Origin: an uncultured Candidatus Rokubacteria bacterium
Lineage (GTDB): Bacteria; Methylomirabilota; Methylomirabilia; Rokubacteriales; CSP1-6
Length of the DNA stretch: 64,000 nucleotides
Reading direction: 5' to 3'
NCBI GenBank assembly: GCA_963754315.1
Contig: CAVWFS010000007.1
Location: 224,001-288,000, forward strand
The notes under the pieces were generated by a model. The model had not been told where the DNA came from. It searched no databases and was given only the letters and a program-made list of their open reading frames with translations. Shown here one piece after another: positions 33,977 to 43,136 of the stretch; within the stretch, counting starts at the first letter, position 1, and the number at the start of each line of letters is the position of its first letter. A program made the position numbers and the translations under genes.

Positions 33977-35076
33977 GCCGGTGGCGGGGGGCCGACCACA
34001 ATGGCGACCTGGCTGCCGCCCCGTGCCACGCTGTGCACGAGTCCCGCGGTGGTTGATACGCGCCTGATCTCTGTTGCAGCCGACGCTGCGTTAGGGGAAA
34101 CCACGGGGAATAACCCGGAGCGGGCAGTCCACGCCGCGGCTCCCACGCGCACGGCACCCATTCCGGCGTGGTGGCCGGTGAGCATGCTGAGGGCGCTGGC
34201 GGGAGGCCGATGAGGGGCAAGCGACTCGGCCAGAAGGGCGCTTTCCCAGTTGTCACGCAGGCGGTCGCCGTTGGCCGACGCGTAGACACAGCCGATCTTG
34301 CTCGGGTCGAGGCCTGCGTGCGCCAGCGCTTGCGCCACCGCCGGCGAGCGGCGGACGCGCCCTACCCCGTGTGGCCGGGCCGGGAGCGCACCCGACACCG
34401 CGGCGCGGATCTCGCCGAGAATACGCGCGCCGCGGGCTCGCGCAGCCTCCCAGGATTCGAGCACGAGAAATCCCGCTCCCTCCCCGCGCACCCCCAGGTC
34501 GGCGCCCAGTCGCCGCAGTACCTCACCCACGAACGGATCAATCTCGTCGACACCGCCGGCGAGGAGCCTTTGCGCGCGCCCCGCGGCGATGCAGGCGGTC
34601 GCTCGCGCAATCGCCAGCTCGCCGGCGAGAGTCGGGGCGTTAATAGTCAGGGAGAGGGCACGAGCTCCGAGGGCGATCGCGGTGGCCGCCGCCATCGTGT
34701 TCATCACCGTGTTCGGAAAGAGTAGTGCTGAGAGGCCGGCCTGTCCGCGCGTGAGATACCCGTCGGCGAATTCATGGGTCGACCTCAGATCGCCAAACTC
34801 CGTGCCCAGCACCAAGCCGAGCGGCTCGTCGGACGGACAGGCGGCGTCGGTGACCGCCAGGCGTGCCGCCGCCACCGCCAACTGGCAGACCCGCGACAGC
34901 CGCCGCACATCCACGCCCGTGACTGCCCCGGTGAGGGCACCGGAGGCCAGCTGCCCAGGATCGGACCGCGGACAGGCCAGATAGGCGCCGAGCGCCGCCG
35001 AGCCCCCGCTCAGAGTCGAGTCGACGACGCCGATGCCCGTGATCGCCACGCGACATCGCGCATCGCGCTCGGTCAT
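33973..35076 (-). CDS. Catalytically inactive ketosynthase (chain-length-factor-like)
   Basis: KS fold motifs (ITGIG, FPNTVMN, GEGAG..VLE) but no active-site Cys (INAPTLAG) or His (YASANG). Confidence 0.78.
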   Translation of the reverse strand: MTERDARCRVAITGIGVVDSTLSGGSAALGAYLACPRSDPGQLASGALTGAVTGVDVRRLSRVCQLAVAAARLAVTDAACPSDEPLGLVLGTEFGDLRSTHEFADGYLTRGQAGLSALLFPNTVMNTMAAATAIALGARALSLTINAPTLAGELAIARATACIAAGRAQRLLAGGVDEIDPFVGEVLRRLGADLGVRGEGAGFLVLESWEAARARGARILGEIRAAVSGALPARPHGVGRVRRSPAVAQALAHAGLDPSKIGCVYASANGDRLRDNWESALLAESLAPHRPPASALSMLTGHHAGMGAVRVGAAAWTARSGLFPVVSPNAASAATEIRRVSTTAGLVHSVARGGSQVAIVVGPPPPA

Positions 35077-36257
35077 GCAGGGGTCTGGCGCAGGAGCAGG
35101 GTCACGTTCTGACCCCCGAAACCGAACGAGTTCGAGATCGCGTGCTCGACGGCGGTTGGGCGCGCGCGGTGGGGCACGCAGTCGAAGGCGACCTCGGGAT
35201 CGGGTTCTTCCAGGTGCACGGTGGGCGGAATCACGCCATGCACGAGGGCGAGCACCACCGCCATCGCTTCCAGGCTCCCGGCCGCCGCCATCGTATGGCC
35301 GATCATCGACTTCGTCGAGGAGATCAGCAGTCCCTCCGCGCCGAAGACGGTGCGCAACGCGCGCGCTTCGATACGGTCGTTCTGTGACGTGGCGGTCCCG
35401 TGGGCGTTGGCGTAGCCAACCTCACCGGCGGCGAGCCCCGCGCGCTCGAGGGCTTCGCGCATGGCGCGGGCCATTCCCTCGCCGTCAGGATCGGGGGACG
35501 TCACGTGGTAGGCGTCGGTGGTCATCCCGTAGCCGGCGAGCTCGGCGTAGATGCGTGCCCCTCGCGCGCGGGCGTGCATGACGTCCTCCAGCACGAGGAA
35601 GCCAGCACCTTCTCCGATCGACATTCCCCGGCGGTGGCGGTCAAACGGGCGGCACGGCTCCGGATCGAGGAGCTTCAACGCGTTGAAGCCGAGGTAGCAG
35701 ATGCGAGTGAGCGCGTCGGCGCCGCCGGCGAGCACGACATCAGCGCTGGCCGTGGCCACGAGATCCGAAGCGACAGCCAAGGCCGCCGCTCCCGAGCTGC
35801 ACGCGGTGACGAGTGTCTCGCGTGAGCCGTAGAGACCGAGGCGGTTGCCGAGCACCTCGGCATGAGCGCAGGGAAGGACGGAGGTCAGAGCTCGCCGATC
35901 CACATCGTCACGCCGCTCGCGAGTCCGCCGCCAGTACCACTCCTCGGCTTCGAGCATCCCGCCGCCCACCGCACCGACTACCAGGGAGGTGCTGGCGCGC
36001 TCGGCAGGATCGAGCCGCGCGTCGTCGAGGGCCTCCCGTGCTGCCATCAGGGCCAGACGATCGGCGCGCGAGCGGCGCCATGAACCGGCCATCGGCTCGG
36101 GGACTTCGGCCGCGAGCCGGCAGCGGAGTCCGTCCGTCTCGAAGAGGGTCACCCGGCCGATGGCACACGTACCGGTCTCCAGGCCATTCCAATACGCCTT
36201 CACCCCGACCCCAAATGGGGTCACGGCGCCGAGGCCGGTGACGACCACGCGCCTCAT
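35073..36257 (-). CDS. Beta-ketoacyl-ACP synthase (FabF/type II KS)
   Basis: TACSSG, NAHGTAT, KSMIGHT, NSFGFGG. Confidence 0.92.
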   Translation of the reverse strand: MRRVVVTGLGAVTPFGVGVKAYWNGLETGTCAIGRVTLFETDGLRCRLAAEVPEPMAGSWRRSRADRLALMAAREALDDARLDPAERASTSLVVGAVGGGMLEAEEWYWRRTRERRDDVDRRALTSVLPCAHAEVLGNRLGLYGSRETLVTACSSGAAALAVASDLVATASADVVLAGGADALTRICYLGFNALKLLDPEPCRPFDRHRRGMSIGEGAGFLVLEDVMHARARGARIYAELAGYGMTTDAYHVTSPDPDGEGMARAMREALERAGLAAGEVGYANAHGTATSQNDRIEARALRTVFGAEGLLISSTKSMIGHTMAAAGSLEAMAVVLALVHGVIPPTVHLEEPDPEVAFDCVPHRARPTAVEHAISNSFGFGGQNVTLLLRQTPA

Positions 36258-36541
36258 CCGACCTCCAGGCGGCTGGTGACGTACCGGCTCAGCGTATCGA
36301 GCGACTGGAAGTGAGGAGCGAGATCCTGCGACTCATCGATAGAGATGCCGAAGCGCTCCTCGAGGGCAATCGAGAGCTCGATGAAGTCCAGCGAATCCAG
36401 TCCCACCGCACCTTCGATACCTTTCGGGAGGGGCATCTCGGCTGTGATGTCAGCCGCCCGGCGCGGGTCGAACTTCAGCCGGGTCACCAGAATCGTTCTC
36501 AGCTCGTCGAGGACTTCCTTCGTTTGCATTAGGTTCGTCAT
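36254..36541 (-). CDS. Acyl carrier protein
   Basis: Acidic, 95 aa, with GLDSLD phosphopantetheine site and EERFGI. Confidence 0.9.
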   Translation of the reverse strand: MTNLMQTKEVLDELRTILVTRLKFDPRRAADITAEMPLPKGIEGAVGLDSLDFIELSIALEERFGISIDESQDLAPHFQSLDTLSRYVTSRLEVG

Positions 36542-37287
36542 CCCTCACCTACGGGTTTCGCCTCTTCCCGGGCAGTCTGGTCGTGGGCCAGAGCGATGGC
36601 GATCAGGGGGGCACAGGCCAGCGTTTCTCCTGCGCGCCGCCCGACGATGGCCAACTCGCGCTCCCCGACGCCCATGTCGCTCGCTGGGCGCTGGTCTGGG
36701 CCAAGCGTGCCCAGCACCGCCACCGCCGTCTCCACGAACGGGCCACGTGCCAGCCAGCGGGCCCTTCCGAAGAGGTCGGCACACTCGGCGAAGGTTTCCA
36801 CCGCGAGTATCAGCACGCGCTGACACGCCCCGTAGCGGAGCATGGTCGCGCCTTGCCACACGGCGTGCACCGCGGTCTCGGCACCGCCAAGTAGTATGAC
36901 GTACGGTCCGGTCAGACCAAACTCGATGGCCACCTCCGCGGGGACAGCGCTCGGAGCAGTATACGGGAAGTGTAGTGTGCCCGTCCCCCCCGCCTGATCG
37001 ATGAAGGCGCGGTTGGAGGCGGCGTACGCGGCGGCGGTGACGTAGACGAGGCCCGTACCGCTGCCGCGAAGTGCTTCTCTTCTCATACCGCTCGCCGCAA
37101 GCATGGCTTCGACTGCCGCTACCCCGAGCAGGCATTCGCGGGTGGCGCGCCGGAAGCGATCGCCGGTGAGAGAAGGGCGCGGGATCGCGATGACGGACCG
37201 GCCTGCCCCTGCGTGCCGAGCATCAGCAGGCAACGCCTGCACCCCTGTTCCCCATCCGGTCAGGAGCCCGGCGGCCGCCACCCTCAT
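36538..37287 (-). CDS. Short CLF-like ketosynthase N-terminal domain protein
   Basis: RFRRATR, FPYTAPSAV..EVAI..GLTGP; no catalytic Cys. ATG at 37287 overlaps the KS stop. Confidence 0.7.
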   Translation of the reverse strand: MRVAAAGLLTGWGTGVQALPADARHAGAGRSVIAIPRPSLTGDRFRRATRECLLGVAAVEAMLAASGMRREALRGSGTGLVYVTAAAYAASNRAFIDQAGGTGTLHFPYTAPSAVPAEVAIEFGLTGPYVILLGGAETAVHAVWQGATMLRYGACQRVLILAVETFAECADLFGRARWLARGPFVETAVAVLGTLGPDQRPASDMGVGERELAIVGRRAGETLACAPLIAIALAHDQTAREEAKPVGEG

Positions 37288-38448
37288 GGACCGCCCTCCA
37301 GGACGAGGGCGGCATTGCACCCGCCGAATCCGAGTGAGGTGCTCACGCTCACCCGTGACGCATGGATTCGTGCGGTCCCAGGCACGTGGTCGAGGCCGCA
37401 TGCCGGATCGACGTCCTCCAGGCCGACCGTCGGCGGTACCACGCCGGAGCGCGCGGCGAGCAAGCACATGATGGCCTCGAGGGCGGCGGCCGCGCCCATC
37501 GTGTGCCCCAGAGAGCCCTTGATCGAGTTCACGGGAACCTCGAGGGCACGCGGCCCGAGAACCCGCCGGAGCACAACCGTCTCGATGCGGTCATTCAGTA
37601 TGGTGCCCGTGCCGTGGGCGCTGACGAGATCAACGTCTTCGGCGCGCACGTCGGCCTCGGCGAGGGCCTGGCGCAGGGCGAACTCGAGCCCACGCCCTTC
37701 GGGATCGGGCGCGGCGATGTGCGAGCCATCGCTTGCGCTCGCGTGCCCGAGCAGGCGGCCGAGTCGCGTCGGACCGGCATCTGCGTCGCGCGCCATGGCG
37801 ACAAGGGCCGCTGCCCTCCCCGAGGAGCAGGCCGCTGCGCCGCCGATCGAATGGCCGCACTCGATCGCGGGTGAGCGACCGCAGAGCATCGAAGCCACGC
37901 ATGACGAAGCGGCTCAGTGCGTCGTAACCACCGGCGATCACGAGATCGGCGCGGTGGTCGCGGAGCAAATCGGCACCGACCCCGATGGCCGTGGCTCCTG
38001 CCGCACACGCGCTACCCACGGTCAATGTGGGTCCTTGGGCGCCGAGAAAACGGGCCAACGCCCGGGCCGGCGTGTCGTAGAGGGCGCTGGCCGGTCCGCC
38101 CCTGACACGTTCTCCGGCCAAGGCGCGGTCGCCCTCCTCCACACCACCGAGAGCGGTACCCACGACCACCGCCAGACGCGCGGGGGGCACGTCGAGGCGG
38201 AACCGAGCGCACAGGTCGGCGGCAGCAGCCTGGAGCAACTGGGTCGCGCGCCCCCCACGGGGACGCGATTCGGCACCGGCCAGCTTCTTGATTTCGCCGC
38301 CACGCTGAACGCGCAGGTCCCCAACGGGGAAGCGGTCGATCGAACTGATGCCATCGGCTCCGGTCACGAGGGCAGTCCAGAACGCGTCCAGATCGGCGCC
38401 CAGCGGTGTGATGACGCCGGCGGCCAGAATGGCGACGGGGTCACGCAC
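37284..38448 (-). CDS. Second beta-ketoacyl-ACP synthase; frameshift near 37815
   Basis: SACAAG, PFD..RSGLLLGEG in one frame; SAHGTGT, KGSLGHT, SLGFGG in the next. The frames join by adding one base at ~37815. Start is GTG 38448 or ATG 38484. Confidence 0.85.
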
Positions 38449-38474
38449 CACGGGCCAGACGCCGCTCTCGGACC

Positions 38475-39320
38475 TCACAGCCATGGCGAATAGTACATGC
38501 GGAACACGCGTATGATGCCCGGTTCCGTGGCGTAGAGGTCGGTGGCCACGAAGCGATCTTGCTGCCGGTCAAACGTCAGGAGGTTTGGGGTCGACGGATC
38601 GTTCGGATCCCACACCGTGAACTCGATTCCGTCTGGTAGCTCCTGGAACCGATACGCGACCACGGTATGGTTGAGTTCCGGTTTTGGCCAGTTCGTGACG
38701 AGGAGCTGTACGAGCCGTCCGTCCGCGAGTTCCTGCATGATTTCTTGGGCGACCTGCGCTTGATGCCCGCGCGTCACCGGGAAGACCACCCGCCAGTTGG
38801 TCCAGTGCACCAGGGTCCAGAATCGTGCGCCGAGCGCCGTCTTCACCGCGTGCCCTTCACTGCGAGAGAACTCGCGCAGGTTGCCGTACCCGGGAATGGT
38901 GATGCGGTCGTCGGCCGGCAGGGTGTTCTCCCACGGCCGCCGCGCCAAGACTTCACGCGATCGCTGGACATATCCGTCCGAATCCAGGCGCGGCGCGCTT
39001 GGGTCGAAGCGGGCGAAGGCAAAGAACTGTCGGAGACCCTTGGCCAGCACGAAGCAGTAGTTCGCGTAGAGATCATCGGAACCGGGATTTCGTTCGCGGA
39101 TATCGTTGCGAAAATCGAAGGTGTCGGTGGCGAACGCAAAGCCAGGCACCGCCATGGCCGGCTTGGGTGCCGTGGGTGCCGGCGGCAACGTCGCCGTCGC
39201 GCAGGCCGTGGTCAGCAGCAGCACCACGAACCCAAGCGCGAACACGCAGTGTCCGGACCCGGTCCGTCGCCCTACGGTTACTCCACCGCCCGCGCCAGGC
39301 GGCGGGCTCTGTTTACTCAC
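38475..39320 (-). CDS. Hypothetical lipoprotein with putative papain-like Cys-His-Asp triad
   Basis: Hydrophobic leader ending LLLTTAC, then NYCF, NHTVVAY and VWDPN in papain-like order. Confidence 0.6.
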   Translation of the reverse strand: MSKQSPPPGAGGGVTVGRRTGSGHCVFALGFVVLLLTTACATATLPPAPTAPKPAMAVPGFAFATDTFDFRNDIRERNPGSDDLYANYCFVLAKGLRQFFAFARFDPSAPRLDSDGYVQRSREVLARRPWENTLPADDRITIPGYGNLREFSRSEGHAVKTALGARFWTLVHWTNWRVVFPVTRGHQAQVAQEIMQELADGRLVQLLVTNWPKPELNHTVVAYRFQELPDGIEFTVWDPNDPSTPNLLTFDRQQDRFVATDLYATEPGIIRVFRMYYSPWL

Positions 39321-39609
39321 AGCTTTTCCACTTGTCCACGACTATCCACCGCACACGGATTCTGCTGGATTGACGCGGGTTCGTGGCGACGCCCTCAAAA
39401 AACGACGGTGCCATCGTCCACCGCAGGCGGTGGCGCCAAAATCCACGATAACGAAAGGCGCCATCCCCGGCCAGACGCTGCCCATAGGCATTTGACGCCG
39501 CGAAATCAACGCTTGAACAAGCCGGGCGAGGTTCGTATGGTGAAGGCCACTTTGTGAGGTCGGGGCCGGCACGAGACACCGCGCGGAACCGTAGGAGACG
39601 CGACGAACG

Positions 39610-39852
39610 ATGGACAGCAGTCGAAAGCCACTCGCACGAATCGAAGGTCGGCGGCGGCTGCGCCTCAGCGGCGTGACTGTCGCGTGGCGCGGCACTCGTG
39701 ACATGGACGACTGGGTCGCCTACATTGTCAATGGGACGCGGTCCAAGAATCTGATCCTGGCCGATCACTCGTGCGAAAGAAAGGTCAAAACGCTGCTGTC
39801 GCGTCTGCAGACCCTCTCGCGTAAGGAGATCGACAAGCTCGCCAAGGGGTAA
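39610..39852 (+). CDS. Small basic hypothetical protein (80 aa)
   Basis: AGGAG SD upstream, GC3-rich codons, fills the gap up to the convergent radC. Confidence 0.65.
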   Translation: MDSSRKPLARIEGRRRLRLSGVTVAWRGTRDMDDWVAYIVNGTRSKNLILADHSCERKVKTLLSRLQTLSRKEIDKLAKG

Positions 39853-39864
39853 TCCCCGCCATCG

Positions 39865-40542
39865 TCAGATGATAACACCGCGCTCGGCCAAGCTAACGAA
39901 GCTGGTTTGTCCGATGATGACATGATCGTGCACGCGAAAGTCAAGTAGGTGGCCGCACTCCACCAACTGCCGGGTGAGGCGGATATCCTCGCGGCTCGGA
40001 GCCGGATCGCCGCTCGGGTGGTTGTGCAAGAGGATGAGGGCGGCTGCCGACTCTACGATAGCCGGCTTGAACACCTCGCGCGGATGAACCAGGCTGGCCG
40101 AGAGTGTCCCCTCCGAAATGACCCGGTCTCGCAGCAGGCGATTCTGGGCGTCCAGCAAGGCGACGCGAAAGACTTCGTGCTTGAGGTCTTCCATGAGGGG
40201 CGCGTACGCGGCGTACACCTCGGCGGGCGCGGCCAGGCGGACGCGTGTCCCCGGCTGACGAGCGCGCAGCCGGCGGGTCAGCTCAAACGTCGCTGCGAGA
40301 CGCGCGGCCTTGGAGGGGCCCACCCCGCGCAGTCGCGCCAGCTCTGAAGCGTCGCGGCAGGCGACCTCCGCCAGCGAGCCGTACGTTGCGAGCATCTCGC
40401 GCGCGACCTCGATCGCGTCCCGGCCGCCCGTTCCTGATCCGAGTTGCAGGGCCAGCAGCTCGGCGTCTGCGAGCGCGGTCGTCCCACTCCAGTAGAGGCG
40501 CTCTCCCGGGTGCTCCGCGGCCGGTCGGCGCCTTGTGGTCAT
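39865..40542 (-). CDS. radC: RadC/UPF0758 JAB-domain protein
   Basis: HhH GVGPSKA, VHPREVF, HNHPSGD..PS..D, DHVII. Confidence 0.93.
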   Translation of the reverse strand: MTTRRRPAAEHPGERLYWSGTTALADAELLALQLGSGTGGRDAIEVAREMLATYGSLAEVACRDASELARLRGVGPSKAARLAATFELTRRLRARQPGTRVRLAAPAEVYAAYAPLMEDLKHEVFRVALLDAQNRLLRDRVISEGTLSASLVHPREVFKPAIVESAAALILLHNHPSGDPAPSREDIRLTRQLVECGHLLDFRVHDHVIIGQTSFVSLAERGVII

Positions 40543-40670
40543 GCATTCTGATAGCGAGCGCCACCGGCCTGCGTCAATGTCTGGGCGCGAGGACGCCTCG
40601 AGGCAGAGACGCGTGGTTCACAAGATACACGCGCCGGTCTGGGGAGCGGCGTCGTTTCCGGCGAGAGCCC

Positions 40671-41093
40671 TCAACGATCGAGTCCGCGTACGGTGATGGT
40701 GCGCGGCTCGTCCCCTACCCCGACGATGTCGATCAGGATCGCCCCCTTCGGCAGCAGCGAACCCAGCTTGTCTGCCCACTCGACGACGGTCACGCCCTCC
40801 CCATCGAAGTACTCGTCGAGGCCAAGGTCGGCCAGCTCGGCGGGTCCTTCCGTGCGATAGGCGTCGACGTGATAGACGGTGAGCGTACCGTGGTACTCGT
40901 TGACGAGAGTGAAGGTGGGGCTCGTCACCGGCCCGCCCACACCGAGCGCGCGCGCCACGCCCCGTGCCAAGCACGTCTTGCCTGCTCCGAGCTCGCCGAA
41001 GAGGCCGAGCACGGCGCCGGAGCGGAGGGTCCGACCGATCTGGTGGCCGATCGCTTCAGTTTCTTGGGGACTCCGGCTCGTCACCACCATCAC
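40671..41093 (-). CDS. tsaE: tRNA t6A biosynthesis ATPase
   Basis: GELGAGKT, SPTFTL, HVDAYR, VEWA. Confidence 0.95.
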   Translation of the reverse strand: MMVVTSRSPQETEAIGHQIGRTLRSGAVLGLFGELGAGKTCLARGVARALGVGGPVTSPTFTLVNEYHGTLTVYHVDAYRTEGPAELADLGLDEYFDGEGVTVVEWADKLGSLLPKGAILIDIVGVGDEPRTITVRGLDR

Positions 41094-42643
41094 GGTGTCG
41101 TTTGTCGGAGAGCCCGCAAGGCGCGCGGCAGTGCGTCGATGAGGTCCCCGGCGATGAGTGATTCCTGCCCGAGCGTGGCCGACGCAACGTCGCCAGCCAG
41201 ACCGTGCACATAGACGGCCGCCCGCAGGGCAGCCCCGGCTTCCGAGCCCCGGGCGAGGAGCGCGCCTGTCATTCCGGTGAGGACGTCACCCATGCCGCCC
41301 GAGGCCATTCCTGGATTGCCGGTCGGGTTGAGGAAGATTTGCCCGTCTGGATCACCGACGACACTCAGGGCGCCTTTCAGCACGAGGTGCACGCCGTGCG
41401 CTGTCACGAAGTCGCGCACACAGGCGATGCGGTCTCCCTCGACATCGGCCACCGTCACGCCCAGCATCCGCGCCATCTCTCCCGGGTGGGGCGTGAGGCA
41501 CCGCGGCCCGCGCCGCCGGGAAAGAAGATCCAGGTGGCCAGCCAGGGCGGACAGGGCATCGGCGTCGACCACCATCGGCTCCGGTAGATCACTGACAAGG
41601 CGCCGGGCGGCCTCCAGGGTCTCGGCGTCCAGGCCGAGTCCTGGTCCTAGTGCTACTGCATCTCGGGCGGCAGCCAGGGCCGAGATCCGCTCGACCGCCT
41701 CACGCGCGATCGTGCCCGCCCTCGTTTCGTCAAGCGCCTCGCTCATCGACTCGAGCAGCAGTGAGGCCACAATCGGTTGCTGGCTGGCCGGTGTACCCAC
41801 CGTCACGAGACCGGCGCCAATCCGCATGGCCGCACGCGCAGCGAGGGCGGCGGCCCCGGTCTTTCCCCGCGATCCGCCCACGACGAGCAGGTGACCATAG
41901 GTGCCCTTGTGGGCCTGGCGGGGGCGGTCGGGAAAGAGGGGCGCGACGTCCGACGCTTCCAACAGGTGCGTCGTGATCCCCCTCCCGACCTCGCTCTCCG
42001 GCACCCCGATTGGGATCACCCGAACCTGCCCGGCCAGCTCGGCGCCTTCACCCATGAGCAGGCCGCGCTTCAGGCCAGCGAAGGTCACGGTGAGCGTCGC
42101 CCGGATGGCCGGCCCGGGCGGCGTCCCGCCATCGGCCGACATGCCCGAGGGAACGTCCAGGGCGATCACCGGACGAGCGCTGGCATTGATCAGCTCGATC
42201 GCGCGTCGGGTCAGCCCGGAGGGCGCGCCCTTGGCGCCCGTGCCGAGCAAGGCATCGACGATGACGTCGGCGCGACGAAGGTGGCTGGTCACCAGATCCT
42301 CGTCATCGACCATACGAGGGCGGATCCCCACTCGGCGCAGGTCGGCGAGCTTGCGGGCAGAGTCCCCTCGAATCTCGGACGCGGGCGAGGTTAGCCACAC
42401 GGTAGGCCGCAAGCGCGCGCGGTGCAGCCAGCGCGCCGCCACGAACCCGTCGCCACCGTTACCGCCCTTCCCGCACACAATTTCCACCCTTGCCCCGCGC
42501 CGTGTGCGCCCGAGAAACTCGGCAATGGCTTCGGCAGCCCCCCGACCGGCGTTCTCCATGAGGACTGCACCGGGGATTCCGAGCGAGGAGGTGGCCCGCG
42601 TGTCCAGCCGCCGCATCTCGTCGGCCGTGAATACTGGGCGCAT
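41090..42643 (-). CDS. nnr: Bifunctional NAD(P)H-hydrate epimerase/dehydratase
   Basis: LMENAG, GNGGDG, DALLGTG, HKGTYG, TPHPGE, GGMGDVL. Confidence 0.93.
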   Translation of the reverse strand: MRPVFTADEMRRLDTRATSSLGIPGAVLMENAGRGAAEAIAEFLGRTRRGARVEIVCGKGGNGGDGFVAARWLHRARLRPTVWLTSPASEIRGDSARKLADLRRVGIRPRMVDDEDLVTSHLRRADVIVDALLGTGAKGAPSGLTRRAIELINASARPVIALDVPSGMSADGGTPPGPAIRATLTVTFAGLKRGLLMGEGAELAGQVRVIPIGVPESEVGRGITTHLLEASDVAPLFPDRPRQAHKGTYGHLLVVGGSRGKTGAAALAARAAMRIGAGLVTVGTPASQQPIVASLLLESMSEALDETRAGTIAREAVERISALAAARDAVALGPGLGLDAETLEAARRLVSDLPEPMVVDADALSALAGHLDLLSRRRGPRCLTPHPGEMARMLGVTVADVEGDRIACVRDFVTAHGVHLVLKGALSVVGDPDGQIFLNPTGNPGMASGGMGDVLTGMTGALLARGSEAGAALRAAVYVHGLAGDVASATLGQESLIAGDLIDALPRALRALRQTTP

Positions 42644-42707
42644 GGCCTATCTGGAAGACGGCCGGGTGACGTTGTCGGCGAAGTCGGCGGGTGTTGCCGC
42701 AGCCACC

Positions 42708-43136
42708 CTAGTGTGCGATCTCGTCGTGGTCGCGCTCGGGGGCCTGTCCCGCGTCGTCACTCACGAACATCGCCTGAGCCATGGCGTAGTCGCCGTCGTG
42801 GGTGAGGGTGACCAGGACTCGACCACCACCCCGGCGACGGCTGATCTCACGCGAGCGGCCGGAGAGGACGAGCGAGGGAGGCTGACCCCGTTCCCGCCGG
42901 ACCTCCAGCTCGCGCCAGTTCACTCCGAACGATAGTCCGGTGCCCAGCGCCTTCAGAGCCGCCTCCTTGGCCGCGAAGCGCGCGGCGAAGTGGGGAACAG
43001 GATCCCGTCGCGCCCGGCAATAGGCGATCTCGCCTGCTGTGAAGACGCGCTGGACAAAACGCTCGTCCCAGCGCGCGATGATTTCCCGCATGCGCGAGAT
43101 GGGCACCAGGTCGATGCCGATCCCCTTGAGGATCAC
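42708..43136 (-). CDS. acpS: Holo-ACP synthase
   Basis: GIGIDLV, RFAAKEAALKALGTG, LTHD. Confidence 0.95.
   Translation of the reverse strand: MILKGIGIDLVPISRMREIIARWDERFVQRVFTAGEIAYCRARRDPVPHFAARFAAKEAALKALGTGLSFGVNWRELEVRRERGQPPSLVLSGRSREISRRRGGGRVLVTLTHDGDYAMAQAMFVSDDAGQAPERDHDEIAH

Noticed and set aside
39413..39422. ATCGTCCACC matching the tRNA-Val 3' end as a possible att site
   Set aside because: Only 10 bp, inverted relative to the tRNA and on its 5' side, with no integrase; likely chance.
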